From an uncultured virus (IMG/VR IMGVR_UViG_3300025413_000016) (Duplodnaviria > Heunggongvirae > Uroviricota > Caudoviricetes): a DNA stretch of 64,000 nt. This document shows positions 1 to 10,471 of the stretch, piece after piece (position 1 is the stretch's first letter; each line of letters begins with the position of its first letter). The position numbers and the translations under genes are program-made. The notes under the pieces are model-generated. The model was not told the origin of the DNA. It saw nothing but the letters and a program-made list of their open reading frames with translations, and did no database searches. The stretch is taken from IMG/VR virus record IMGVR_UViG_3300025413_000016; one strand, 5' to 3'.

Positions 1-1
1 A

Positions 2-1435
2 AGTAGTTGTGCCTGTAACGGTGAGATTGCCGCCAACTGTCATTGCACCAGTGTCTACTTCACTACCAACGGTTAAAGCACCACTAACAGTTAAACCTGA
101 TGCAACCGTAAGGTTGCCACTAATGGTGCCACCAGAGTATGGAAACTTAGCAGCAAGATCTGTAGTTAAATTAGTAACTTGACTTTCATTAATCTGGATA
201 CCAGTGGCGGTCACAGATCCGCTAACAGTAAGACCGCTTGCTACAATAAGGTTACCGCTTATAGTTCCACCTGATCGTGGCAATGCAGCATAAGCTACAC
301 CACTAACAGTGTTTAATGAACCTGATGTTGCTGCATAAGCACCGCTCAAAGAAACAAACTGCCCTGACAAAGTTGTCAGGCTACCACTAGTAGAAACGTA
401 TTGACCAGATAACGTGGTTAGACTACCACTAGTGCTTACATACTGGCCCGAAAGCGTTGATAGGTTGCCACTAAGCGTTGATAGGCTACCACTAATGTTA
501 GTCAAATCTGTAGAAAGCCCAGTGACTTGGCTCTCTGTGATCTGAATCCCAGTAGCGGTTACAGATCCACTAATGGTAGCATTGCCACCAACAAACAAAG
601 CGCCATTTGTTATTAACGAACTACTAAAAGTACCAGCCGTAGAAGTAAGACCATAGACAGATAATGTTCCACCAATACCGTTGATGCTAATATAGCCAGA
701 AGTGCCATTGCTACTTATGGTAGTGTAGTTGGCAAGGGTTGAAGTACCGGTTACAGTAAGACCTGATGCAACAACCAGGTTTCCTGTAATGGTGCCACCT
801 GATATAGGCAAGTAGTTGCCAGACACGGTGCCACCACTGACTGTAGCTGGCGCCCATTGAGTGCCGTTGTAGACCAGAGATTGTCCACTAGTGGCAGTTA
901 CACCACCCACTAGTGGACTAGTAACGTACAAACCACCTTGAAGCGTTGTTGTGCCAGTTACGGTTAAATTACCACTAATAGTTCCACCAGAAATGGGTAG
1001 AAAATTCCCAGACACCGTAGTGCCACCGCTAATGGTAGACCAAGTTGCGCCACTAGAGCTTGTAGCCACCAAAGCTTGACCTGCGGACGGGGTTCCACTT
1101 ATAGCTACGTTATTTAATGCTGACTGGATAGATACCGTAGTGTCAATTTGACGTGTGACGGGGTCCATAATGCCGCTATACAAATAAAGACGATATAGAG
1201 TGGTACGTTTTTCTACCCACCAAACTTGATTTACTTCAATCTGATTTAAATTAACGCCAGCGGGTATGGCTTGCAAATCTACTTGGATTTGAAAACCTTT
1301 CATATCCAACGCTAGGCAATAATAATTCTTTGAAGCATTGGATGCTTTACTCAATGGGTGCAGGATTGGTCCGGTAGTTAAAACTACTTTTCTTACACCA
1401 CTATTTCTATCGTATTGTCTTCCTGAAACGCTCAT
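2..1435 (-). CDS. Baseplate spike/tail fibre-like protein, partial (runs off the window start; absent from the ORF track)
   Basis: ATG at 1435 overlaps the upstream stop. Hand translation starts MSVSGRQYDRNSGVRKVV, then repeated LPxSGGTISGNLxVxSGLTV units and heptad-like SGSLTTLSGQYVST repeats. Lies after the baseplate hub gene. Confidence 0.7.
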   Translation of the reverse strand, partial: MSVSGRQYDRNSGVRKVVLTTGPILHPLSKASNASKNYYCLALDMKGFQIQVDLQAIPAGVNLNQIEVNQVWWVEKRTTLYRLYLYSGIMDPVTRQIDTTVSIQSALNNVAISGTPSAGQALVATSSSGATWSTISGGTTVSGNFLPISGGTISGNLTVTGTTTLQGGLYVTSPLVGGVTATSGQSLVYNGTQWAPATVSGGTVSGNYLPISGGTITGNLVVASGLTVTGTSTLANYTTISSNGTSGYISINGIGGTLSVYGLTSTAGTFSSSLITNGALFVGGNATISGSVTATGIQITESQVTGLSTDLTNISGSLSTLSGNLSTLSGQYVSTSGSLTTLSGQYVSTSGSLTTLSGQFVSLSGAYAATSGSLNTVSGVAYAALPRSGGTISGNLIVASGLTVSGSVTATGIQINESQVTNLTTDLAAKFPYSGGTISGNLTVASGLTVSGALTVGSEVDTGAMTVGGNLTVTGTTT

Positions 1436-4341
1436 TATGATCCAATGTTCAATCCGTAGTGCATAATACTGTTACCCTTCATTGGGGCAGTAAATGTTGC
1501 TTGTGTAGTAAAACCATTTGTTCTATCACCAGAGTGTTGAACAGCTGTGCAGTAAAACTTATATTGTACAGTGCCACCTTGTTCATCGTCAAGATTCATA
1601 AATACTCTCATGCCAGGATATAGCTCGGGCATGAATGTAAGCTGTATATTGCTTGAAAATTGATTAGCCCATTGATTCATAAATGTATACAAAGCATACA
1701 TGTATTCCATAATATGACTGTGGATCATATTTTGTTCTTGCACAAAAGGTCTAATACCATATCTATTTAAAAAATTAGTATAGGCAATTGTTGCAGTAAC
1801 ATCAGCTCCAGTATTTTGACTAAAATCATTGCCAAAAAGAATTCTCATTGTTGATACGTCTTGAACACTTACAATACCATTTGTTGTTATATAGTCTCCA
1901 AAACTGACTTGCTGTCCAATACCATTGGTGTCACCAACAATACCAACGTGTGTTGCCAACTGTGTATCGTCGTGGTAAATCTGGAAGTCAATAATCTCTA
2001 CTGGACTAATTTCAAGAACTGGATCAGTACCATATACACCGTACCAATCTGGGAACCAAGCAATAAAATCACCATTGGGTGCGCTCATATATTGTCTCAA
2101 CCCAGAACCAATGATTTGTGTAATATCTTGCATCACTGGATTATCAAGCAAAAATGCTCGAGGAGTTCCAACAATAGAACTTGCTCTAACGTCATAGTTA
2201 GGCATTTGCATAAGGTTGTTAAACGAGTTGGCAATACTAATTGTTGCTCTCTGGTTGGCATTGTTGGGGTCTGTAGTCTGAGATGTAGCACCGTTAGCGG
2301 TTGATGGGTTGGTTCCGGTGCTTGTACCAGGAGCGGCAATGTTTGTTTGCATAGAAGAAATAATACTAAAGTTTTGCATTGCAGCTTGTCCCCAAACTGG
2401 GTGCAACGTAATTGGCCTACGGCAACCAATTGATCGGCAAGTATAAGATTGTCCTGGGTATAACCATTGACCGTTAGCCATTGCACTCCAGCTAATTTGC
2501 TGAATATTTGGACCAAGTGAACCACCAGATGATTCAATCAGGTAACCAATGTCAGGGCTTCCTTTTGCGTCTGCAAACTTTGTGCCTGCTGGACCAGGAT
2601 CACCAAAATTTGACACCATAATAGATACGTGTTGTGGTGCATTAAGGTTAGGATTATTTGGCGGAACACCTTGTGCATCGAGTGGTACTTCCCAGAATAT
2701 AAGGTCACCTTTTTGTGGCTGTTGTGTGTTAGGAATCCATTGCCCATAAGTTTCAGGATTAGCACCTTGCATATACTCACCAGATGAGCTTGCTCCTGGT
2801 GCTGCTTGTGGTCCATAAATGGACCAAGTGTTACAATAAGGCCAACCTTGCAAATTAATATTGATTTTGCTGTATGCCCAAGCAGCAAGACCTGAGCAGT
2901 CAAATGAACCAGTACCCGTACCATAAGCACCGGGGTTTTTTCTTCCGCTTGACGTTTCACTATATGAGTCACCAAGCTGTCCCACAAGTGTAAAAACAAG
3001 TGTATCAAGTGCTTTATTTACAACGCTAGCGTCACCAAGGCTTGTTTGACTACTATCAAGATATCTTTTAGCTTGTGGCGAATTTAAATCGGGTAATTTA
3101 CCTGCTTGAGTTACTTTTGTTGAGTCAGCCCATTGAAAAGTAACGTTAGCTACACCTGGATCAATTGTTGATTTCCATGCAGTTGGATCACCAACTTTGC
3201 CATTTAAGTACGCAACCACACTTGGGTGAAGTTGTAAGAAGTTAACATACTCTGCGTAAACTGCATAACCTTTTAAAGATTCATTTGGCTGTTGAGGAAT
3301 ACTTGTTGCTCTTACAGCAACCGTTCTGTTTGTTTGTTGATTGCATACAATTAACAACCTACCATCATTGTTCCCTGTGGCTGGGTTAATGCTTAACCAA
3401 TTTTTAGCGTTATCAATAATTTCTTGATTTTTTTTCTTTTGATCATTGGTTAAACCACTCATATTTTGATAAGCAAGATAAGACCAAGGTGCTGAGCAGT
3501 AATAAATATCTTGAGTGATTTGATTGATATTTACTGGATTTTGTGTATTTGGCCCAGGAAAGTTTTGTTTGCTATTTACGATTGGTGATGTTAAAAAAGC
3601 CCCAGCTTGTGAAGCTGAGACGCTAACCCCGACGCCCCCATTGGGTGCGGAGCTAGTATCAAGAGTCTCTAAACCATTAATAGTATAGGCACCATTGACT
3701 ACTGATTTACCAGCAGTAATACTGTTTGCGCTTAAAACTGCAGCGAGTTCAACAACAGAAGCTTGATCAAGTTCACTAGAGACAACAATATTTTTATATA
3801 CTTGTACAGCATTGTTTATAAATTTTTGCGGGATACCTTGTACGTGAATTTTATCTGGGTTCCATCCAGCCACTCTATAGAGAACGTTTACCAGTGCCTG
3901 GCCAACACCACCGTCGTTTTGTGTTTGGTCAGTGCTTTGAGCAGTCTGGTCAAACATGTTAAGAAGGAGCTGTTGGAATTCAAGCAGAGTGTCATCCCAG
4001 TATGTATTCTGAAGAATGTACAATGTACAACTAGCTTGGATTGTAATTGGTGTTGGTACTAAAGTTTCAATAGGTGCATACGTTACAAGACCAGTAAAAC
4101 ATTGAATAAACTGGGTTCTTTTCAAGAACACAGTAATTCTGTCCATTGTGTTAATCATTCTGTTGTATTTGCGTAAGGGATTATTAAGCGTACAACTAAA
4201 TGAGCTAACAGAATTAATTTGACGACTCATTTGAAAATTAACAATATCAGCTGATACATCAATGACACCATTGTTAACAGTGTGAATAGCAACACTGATA
4301 TCTGGTGAATAAATAAAAGTACCTGATTGATTAAAACTCAT
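1435..4341 (-). CDS. Baseplate hub protein with central NlpC/P60 peptidoglycan hydrolase domain
   Basis: 968 aa. FDCSGLAAWAY catalytic Cys motif, PQKGDLIFW and QHVSI His motif. Hub-like N and C termini; downstream of the tape measure gene. Confidence 0.8.
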   Translation of the reverse strand: MSFNQSGTFIYSPDISVAIHTVNNGVIDVSADIVNFQMSRQINSVSSFSCTLNNPLRKYNRMINTMDRITVFLKRTQFIQCFTGLVTYAPIETLVPTPITIQASCTLYILQNTYWDDTLLEFQQLLLNMFDQTAQSTDQTQNDGGVGQALVNVLYRVAGWNPDKIHVQGIPQKFINNAVQVYKNIVVSSELDQASVVELAAVLSANSITAGKSVVNGAYTINGLETLDTSSAPNGGVGVSVSASQAGAFLTSPIVNSKQNFPGPNTQNPVNINQITQDIYYCSAPWSYLAYQNMSGLTNDQKKKNQEIIDNAKNWLSINPATGNNDGRLLIVCNQQTNRTVAVRATSIPQQPNESLKGYAVYAEYVNFLQLHPSVVAYLNGKVGDPTAWKSTIDPGVANVTFQWADSTKVTQAGKLPDLNSPQAKRYLDSSQTSLGDASVVNKALDTLVFTLVGQLGDSYSETSSGRKNPGAYGTGTGSFDCSGLAAWAYSKININLQGWPYCNTWSIYGPQAAPGASSSGEYMQGANPETYGQWIPNTQQPQKGDLIFWEVPLDAQGVPPNNPNLNAPQHVSIMVSNFGDPGPAGTKFADAKGSPDIGYLIESSGGSLGPNIQQISWSAMANGQWLYPGQSYTCRSIGCRRPITLHPVWGQAAMQNFSIISSMQTNIAAPGTSTGTNPSTANGATSQTTDPNNANQRATISIANSFNNLMQMPNYDVRASSIVGTPRAFLLDNPVMQDITQIIGSGLRQYMSAPNGDFIAWFPDWYGVYGTDPVLEISPVEIIDFQIYHDDTQLATHVGIVGDTNGIGQQVSFGDYITTNGIVSVQDVSTMRILFGNDFSQNTGADVTATIAYTNFLNRYGIRPFVQEQNMIHSHIMEYMYALYTFMNQWANQFSSNIQLTFMPELYPGMRVFMNLDDEQGGTVQYKFYCTAVQHSGDRTNGFTTQATFTAPMKGNSIMHYGLNIGS

Positions 4342-5066
4342 GATGTTGTTGTGCCATTTCCAGAAGCAGGTCCTGCTGCTGCATTTGATATATCATAGAC
4401 TGGATTACCAGAAGCTGGAATATATGTAACGTTGATTTTATCAGCTGCCGCCGCCATAGCTCCAATGTTTATCCAGCTTGAACCATATGCAAGCTGATCC
4501 GCTGCTGTAGGAGCATAAGTAATATTCTCTTGTGGTTGAATAGTAGTTGGTGGTGTGTCCGCATAATTATCCATAATTATATTCATGCTATAATTAGTAA
4601 CAAACAAATTTTGAAAACGAACATATTGTTTTTCTACGTTTTTAATCCAACCTCTATAGTAAAGGCTGGTTTTTTGCAAACCAATTAAAGGATTATAGAT
4701 AGGCAAGCTTGTGCTGAAATTATTATAATAATTAAGAATCATAGGTATATTAGTAGAGCTAGTGGCTCCATACATTTGATGCAGCCTAATAGCTTCTTGA
4801 AACTTATTCATCCTACCAAAGCCATCGCTTGGGTCAATGTCTTCGAAACCAACTGGAATATCTTTACTTGTACCGATTAAAGGCCACAATGCTTGAAAAG
4901 TAATAAATCTTTCCGCACGTCTAATTGGCTGCCATTGCATTGCATCACGTACCTGTACAGCAGAGAACTCTGTGCTTGAACTTGTTTGGATACCCTGTAT
5001 CCAGATATCATAATGTTGTTGATTACCTTGATTATTAATCAACGTTACTGTTGCGTTCCCAGCCAT
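4338..5066 (-). CDS. Putative baseplate/tail protein
   Basis: 242 aa ORF in the tail operon, overlapping the hub start. Confidence 0.6.
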   Translation of the reverse strand: MAGNATVTLINNQGNQQHYDIWIQGIQTSSSTEFSAVQVRDAMQWQPIRRAERFITFQALWPLIGTSKDIPVGFEDIDPSDGFGRMNKFQEAIRLHQMYGATSSTNIPMILNYYNNFSTSLPIYNPLIGLQKTSLYYRGWIKNVEKQYVRFQNLFVTNYSMNIIMDNYADTPPTTIQPQENITYAPTAADQLAYGSSWINIGAMAAAADKINVTYIPASGNPVYDISNAAAGPASGNGTTTS

Positions 5067-5239
5067 TGCTGTAAACTCCCATCAGAAATAGGTGAAATTT
5101 GGTGGATCATGCCAAGCGTACTGCTCCAAGCAAAACCATTCATAACAATGTCTTGTTTATCTGGGTGTAGCACTGGCCCTGACACTCTGCAGTTGGAGTA
5201 ATTAGTGTTAATTTTATTAGAGTTAATATTGTTTTCCAT
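5045..5239 (-). CDS. Small hypothetical tail-operon protein
   Basis: 64 aa ORF filling the gap between two tail genes with tight coupling. Confidence 0.5.
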   Translation of the reverse strand: MENNINSNKINTNYSNCRVSGPVLHPDKQDIVMNGFAWSSTLGMIHQISPISDGSLQQWLGTQQ

Positions 5240-5241
5240 TA

Positions 5242-5841
5242 TTACCTCGGTGTTGTGCTATTTGTTCCAAAAATGTATCCAGTGCTCAAAGCGTTCTCGA
5301 TGTCTTTAAATTGAAGGTTTACAAGAGACGTATCTAGACCGGTGAACTGACTACTAAACCCAATTTCTCCACCATTGTTGTTGACAATTCTATTCAATGC
5401 ATCAGCTGTGGCAGCATTAGTAGCAAGCAAACCAACATCTGTGTGAACTTCCATATACAATGTATACTCATAAGAAACTGTGGTAACACCAAAACCCATT
5501 TGGAAATTTTTTAACCAAATACTAAACCCTAATTCTGGCCTGCTTGGTACATTAAACAGTGCTGGGATTTTCCTTTGTGTTTGCCCATCTTGAATTGATT
5601 TGTAATCTTCCCAAAGTTGCAAAAGATTTGCTCTATTTCCAGCATCACCTTCAACCACGAGTGATGTTATATTTGTTGACAAAAGCTGTGTTACGCGGCC
5701 ACCAATGGTACTAAAACTTTGTGTGTTTAATTGGTAATTCCAATTCATAGTATTAATACTAAATGGGAAACTATAAGTTTTATTTGCAACTTGATCTGTT
5801 ATTGTTGCAACTTCTTGATTGTTTATAAATAATTGTGTCAT
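5242..5841 (-). CDS. Putative baseplate/tail-tube initiator protein
   Basis: 199 aa directly after the tape measure gene; FPFSINTM...TIGGRVTQ pattern resembles tube-initiator proteins. Confidence 0.55.
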   Translation of the reverse strand: MTQLFINNQEVATITDQVANKTYSFPFSINTMNWNYQLNTQSFSTIGGRVTQLLSTNITSLVVEGDAGNRANLLQLWEDYKSIQDGQTQRKIPALFNVPSRPELGFSIWLKNFQMGFGVTTVSYEYTLYMEVHTDVGLLATNAATADALNRIVNNNGGEIGFSSQFTGLDTSLVNLQFKDIENALSTGYIFGTNSTTPR

Positions 5842-5843
5842 AT

Positions 5844-8492
5844 TTAATTAAACATTGTACCATTTATTCCGGGCTGCCTATTCAATGGAACTTGTCCATT
5901 ATTAAATCCTTGTGTGGAAGATTTGACAGCAGCAGTAATTAAATGATGTGCATTTGGGTGAATATTTACTTCAATAGATTGTTGTGGTTGTGTACTGCCA
6001 TATCTTGATTGGTAACCTTGAGATTTTACAACTGCATCTTGTGCGCTGGTTACTTCAGTTAACTTCTTTAATCCTCTACCGATCAGTTCACCAGGGTGTT
6101 CTGCAATGTTAGTAAGCAAACCAGAAAAACCTTTTGTATTGTAATCATGCATGTCATTTGTAATTTGAGACAATGATTTGCCCGTCAAAGCATCGGCAGC
6201 AACCATAACCCCTTCTCCGACACCAAGTGTCGCCCTCGCAAGTAAATCATCAGGGTTTAAAAGAGTAGCGACATCAACCGCTTTAAGAGCAGCATGTCCA
6301 ATGTTACTTACAATGTGACCTAAGTCTGTACCAAATATATGGCCAAGCAAACTTCCTCCACCACCAGGGTGAGTAAGTCGTTGGTGTTGTTGTACAACAC
6401 TCCATGCCCATGTATCTGTTTGTTGGAAGCTAGCACCATATTTGCTTAAATTAGATGGAAGCTGACCAGATTGAAGCATCATGTTTAATCGTTGAATTGC
6501 ATTTGCGTTCTTTTTACTAAATTCGTCGTGGCTTTTATATTGAGTTTTGATATCAATACCAGCCCAAGTAAGAACTTGTTCGTTACTAGCATTCTGTGCC
6601 ATTGCTTGAGTTTGTGCACCACTCGCACCTTGCTTACCAAGCTGCAGTTCTTTACCATAAAGACCCATGACGCCAACACCAAGGTTTTGTGCGAGCAAAA
6701 CATTACCAAGCATTGATCCTTGCATTTCAGTGCCTGTCATACCAGCAGCTTGAGCAACATAGTTGCCAGCGCCAAATTGCATTGCAAGGTAACCCTGGCG
6801 AGCAGCAGCGTAACCATTCCCCATGCCCATGGCAGCAGCAGAATTGGCACCTTGATTGAATGCGTAGTTTGCATAACCTAGAGATGTTCTGTTATCACCA
6901 TTGGCATAATCTCTAGCTGCGTTATACTGTTGCATGTACTGGTTATAAGTATTGGTCATATAACCAGCACCCATTGCTTGTGCTGAGAACTGATTAAACT
7001 GATCTTGTGACATACCAAAGCGTCGTCGAGCAATATCTAAAGACGTATCTACATAATTATTAAGATCAGCACCTCTTAGACCAAGCCCTGCTGCACCCAT
7101 TTGTGCTGACTGCACCTGTGCTTGGTTGTAGAATGGATTCAATCCACCCCACGATTCCATCCAAGACTGTGCTCCCATCCTTAGGCTACGACCGTAGTCA
7201 ACCTCACCAAATTGTCCGCCTTGAGCATAAATAGCACTGTTTATATTGCGTACTTGGCCCATTTTATCTTGAGCAGCTGCATAGACATCACCGATTGCAC
7301 CACCAGCATTTTTAACAGCAGTGGCAATACCAGTAAATTTAGCAAGTGCTTCGTACAAACCACTACTAAAAATACGGGCAACATGATTAGCCGTGTCTAG
7401 TGTTTGAGCTTGTACATCTTCAGGAACCGGTGTTGTTCTAACTTTACCTGCCACAGCATCGCCAAAAGCATCGCTAGGAGCATCAACAATCTCTGGGGGT
7501 CCCATTGAAGCTGTTGCATCTTTAAGAGCTTCTGGTGTAATTCCAGAAGCTACAAGATGTTTTTGCCATCTTTTGTAAAGTTTTTTACCTAGTGGTCCTG
7601 ATCCCAAGGCATTTTTTACGGTACTATTCATTTTTTTGTAAGCAATAGATGCTGGGTCAACAGCATCCAATGGCAAATTAAGCTTGTTCCAACGGTTTTT
7701 TAATTGATCTGCATAAAGACTTGAAAATGGTTCTGCCCCAACATAATCATCGCCTTCTGGTTCTACCATGCCTTCCCAAGTTGCAGCAAAATCAGGGTCT
7801 TCAATACTTGGTTCATCATCCATAGGATCTGGCCCTGGACCAGGGCCGCCAGTTGGTGGTATAATAGGTGGTTTTTTACCACCACCACCTCTGCCTACTG
7901 TGGGTGGTGGTATTGCTCTTGTGCTACTACTGTCATCAACAGTTCCAACTGTATTTTTTATGGCGCGCTTACGGGCACGAACACCTTTGTACCAATCACC
8001 TAGAGCTACTACTGGGTTTTCTGAATCACCAGTGCCAACATAACCACTACCTACATAGCCACTAAAGTCTTGGCTACTAGTACTTTGGTTGGTGTTATAT
8101 GTATAACCATTAACGCTACCAACACCAGGAGGGGAAGCCATTCCCAACATTGTCATTACGTGACCAACATTGCCACCAAGACCTCTTGTCTGCAAGAGCA
8201 TTTCATTAATTTGCTGGATATTTTGACTAAGACTTGTTTGATTTGTTGCGTTAATGCTAGCAATTGTTTCCAACAATTGCTTCATGTTACTAATAAGCTC
8301 ATTGTTTTCTTGGTAAGCTGCACGCATTGCGTCTGCGCGTTCGGATATGCCGGACATTGCTTGTTCAATTGCTTCCATGTCGGAACGCATTTCACCCGCT
8401 ACGCTTGCAGCGGCACTCATACCTTGAATAAGTGGTGCGGTATTGTCAGTGAATTCTAAATTTACTTGTAGTGAATCATCGTTTTGAGCCAT
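5844..8492 (-). CDS. Tape measure protein
   Basis: 882 aa, helical and Ala/Gly/Gln-rich; follows the frameshifted chaperone pair. Confidence 0.75.
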   Translation of the reverse strand: MAQNDDSLQVNLEFTDNTAPLIQGMSAAASVAGEMRSDMEAIEQAMSGISERADAMRAAYQENNELISNMKQLLETIASINATNQTSLSQNIQQINEMLLQTRGLGGNVGHVMTMLGMASPPGVGSVNGYTYNTNQSTSSQDFSGYVGSGYVGTGDSENPVVALGDWYKGVRARKRAIKNTVGTVDDSSSTRAIPPPTVGRGGGGKKPPIIPPTGGPGPGPDPMDDEPSIEDPDFAATWEGMVEPEGDDYVGAEPFSSLYADQLKNRWNKLNLPLDAVDPASIAYKKMNSTVKNALGSGPLGKKLYKRWQKHLVASGITPEALKDATASMGPPEIVDAPSDAFGDAVAGKVRTTPVPEDVQAQTLDTANHVARIFSSGLYEALAKFTGIATAVKNAGGAIGDVYAAAQDKMGQVRNINSAIYAQGGQFGEVDYGRSLRMGAQSWMESWGGLNPFYNQAQVQSAQMGAAGLGLRGADLNNYVDTSLDIARRRFGMSQDQFNQFSAQAMGAGYMTNTYNQYMQQYNAARDYANGDNRTSLGYANYAFNQGANSAAAMGMGNGYAAARQGYLAMQFGAGNYVAQAAGMTGTEMQGSMLGNVLLAQNLGVGVMGLYGKELQLGKQGASGAQTQAMAQNASNEQVLTWAGIDIKTQYKSHDEFSKKNANAIQRLNMMLQSGQLPSNLSKYGASFQQTDTWAWSVVQQHQRLTHPGGGGSLLGHIFGTDLGHIVSNIGHAALKAVDVATLLNPDDLLARATLGVGEGVMVAADALTGKSLSQITNDMHDYNTKGFSGLLTNIAEHPGELIGRGLKKLTEVTSAQDAVVKSQGYQSRYGSTQPQQSIEVNIHPNAHHLITAAVKSSTQGFNNGQVPLNRQPGINGTMFN

Positions 8493-8842
8493 TATTCACC
8501 ACCTCCTAATTGATCAATATCAATACCATTAAATAAATTCATTTCTTCTACTTGCCTGATAAACTCTTCATTAGCAGCTTTTTCATCATTGGCTTCATTA
8601 GCCAATGTACTAGCTTCTTCAAACATTTTTTGAAGAATTGCAGCTTCCTCAGCAGTTTCTGGAGCTTTCCATTCAGCGCCTTCATTCTCAGGAGCACTTT
8701 CTTTGTTGCGAATGTATTCTTGATACATACCAGGATTGTTAATCAACATGGCATTTTCAAAGCGCATTAACTCTAGATCTGATTCTTGATTTCTCTTGCG
8801 TGCAATAACTGTTATAAGAATTTTTTCTTGTACTGAATTCAA
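8492..8842 (-). CDS. Tail assembly chaperone, C-terminal part reached by -1 frameshift (gpT-like)
   Basis: This frame is open back to the CCCAAAA slippery site: PK-RWESDPYVIEKSEIAYATGVLTKPNLNSVQEK. Confidence 0.75.
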   Translation of the reverse strand: MNSVQEKILITVIARKRNQESDLELMRFENAMLINNPGMYQEYIRNKESAPENEGAEWKAPETAEEAAILQKMFEEASTLANEANDEKAANEEFIRQVEEMNLFNGIDIDQLGGGE

Positions 8843-8892
8843 ATTAGGTTTAGTGAGAACACCGGTTGCGTAGGCGATCTCACTTTTTTCAA

Positions 8893-9405
8893 TTACGTAA
8901 GGGTCTGATTCCCATCTTTTGGGATATCAATTTCCTCGTCTTCATCTTTGAAAATACTCATTGGCATCACTGGACTAATGATACCCAACTCTTGAAGAAC
9001 AATAATTACTCTATTTTCAAGTGCTTCAATCTCGTTGTAAAGCAACTCAACGGTAGTGTCATACCAGTTATTAACTACATAATCATACTTTTGTTTAATA
9101 ACATTAATATTTTTATTACTGGATACTAACTCTTTACCGTCAACGCTTACAAGACCTGCAGCTACTACTGCTGCTTTATAAGCACGTCCATAGCCCACAC
9201 TCTCGAGGTAAGGCTTGGTTAAAAGGCTAATCTCTAACTTGTCATTGATTGTTAGAGTCCTAACAACGAACTTGTGGAAGGGAATTCGAGTGATCTCTCG
9301 CTGTAGATATCCTACAAACAAGAGACCCTCGAATTCGTCCTTCCACTCGTCCGGAAAAGTCTCAACATTTTTACTGCTGTCGAACTCGTTATTAACGTTT
9401 GTCAT
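8893..9405 (-). CDS. Tail assembly chaperone (gpG-like)
   Basis: 170 aa between tube and tape measure genes; slippery heptamer near the 3' end. Confidence 0.75.
   Translation of the reverse strand: MTNVNNEFDSSKNVETFPDEWKDEFEGLLFVGYLQREITRIPFHKFVVRTLTINDKLEISLLTKPYLESVGYGRAYKAAVVAAGLVSVDGKELVSSNKNINVIKQKYDYVVNNWYDTTVELLYNEIEALENRVIIVLQELGIISPVMPMSIFKDEDEEIDIPKDGNQTLT
8917..8923 (-). promoter_or_regulatory. -1 programmed ribosomal frameshift site C CCA AAA
   Basis: X XXY YYZ heptamer in frame (ATC CCA AAA GAT); a -1 shift joins the 8492..8842 frame with no stop. Confidence 0.75.
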
Positions 9406-9462
9406 GTTACCTTCAGGTCTAGGGCCATTTTTTAACAGCCTACCAGAACATTTGTTAAATTT

Positions 9463-10458
9463 CTAGTTCTTATTCAACGTACGGACGTAAGGCTTCTTGA
9501 CACGGCGGCTACGGATCTCAACTTGTGAGAACCATTGACCAGTACCCGTACCAGAAGCAGGCGTGGTGAGCACTGTACCAACAAGGTTGTTAGCCAAAGC
9601 AGTTCCGGAAACAACCAAGTTGCTGGAAACCGATGGAGTAGTATTGGTGGGAACAGCCAGAGTACCGTTAGCGTTGGTACTAACCAGACCAACAGCAGTA
9701 CCGACTGCAGTACCAGAAGCAACAGCAGCGTTGGGGTGAATACCCTCAACCTGAATAAAACCAAAGTTGTTAGCTGGCAAGCTAACGAGTGTAATACCAG
9801 CAAACTCACCAGCCTTGGTACCGACAGTAGTAACGTTACCATTCGATCCTGGGAACGTTGTGTTAACGCTAATTGTGTAAGAAGTTCCCAAACCGTCTTG
9901 CTTAACAACAAGCGCAGCACCTGAAGCAGCAACACCAACATAACGGTTGTTGTAGTCAAGCCAAACAGTTGACCAACCACCTGAGATTGTTGAGTTGGTA
10001 CCATTGTACACAAGTGCATAATGAGCACCATCAGGGCCAGTAAGCGTGTAGTTGCTTGCAGAACCGCTAAGGGTTGCACTGGGCAAGCCAATGCCAGCAC
10101 CAGCACCAGCTGCGCCACCGGCAGAAACACCTTGTGCAGCAAAACCAGCCATGCTGAAGTTGCCAGCGATACCGCTAAGGGTCGTGCTAGTCTGAGTCAA
10201 AATATTCTGGAAGCTAACACCACCAAGTGCTTGCATGTTAATACCAGTTGAGGTTTGTGCTGGGTAGAAGTTAGACGTGTTGGCATCTGTGTTGACAGTG
10301 ACAACCTTGATAACGTTCTGACGAGCACCAAGGCTAATCTTTGAGAACGTTTCAGCATCCACGACGTACTGAACGCCGGGGACCATCTTACGGTGGTCAG
10401 GAAGAAGGGCTTGGCCAACTCCTGCTTGCAATTGAATAACGTATGAACGTACGGACAT
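9463..10458 (-). CDS. Minor virion protein, S/G/T/A-rich, with possible cement/decoration-like C-terminal domain
   Basis: 331 aa; beta-rich low-complexity body; FAGITL...NNFGFIQVEG segment. Confidence 0.55.
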   Translation of the reverse strand: MSVRSYVIQLQAGVGQALLPDHRKMVPGVQYVVDAETFSKISLGARQNVIKVVTVNTDANTSNFYPAQTSTGINMQALGGVSFQNILTQTSTTLSGIAGNFSMAGFAAQGVSAGGAAGAGAGIGLPSATLSGSASNYTLTGPDGAHYALVYNGTNSTISGGWSTVWLDYNNRYVGVAASGAALVVKQDGLGTSYTISVNTTFPGSNGNVTTVGTKAGEFAGITLVSLPANNFGFIQVEGIHPNAAVASGTAVGTAVGLVSTNANGTLAVPTNTTPSVSSNLVVSGTALANNLVGTVLTTPASGTGTGQWFSQVEIRSRRVKKPYVRTLNKN

Positions 10459-10471
10459 TTTATTACCTTTC

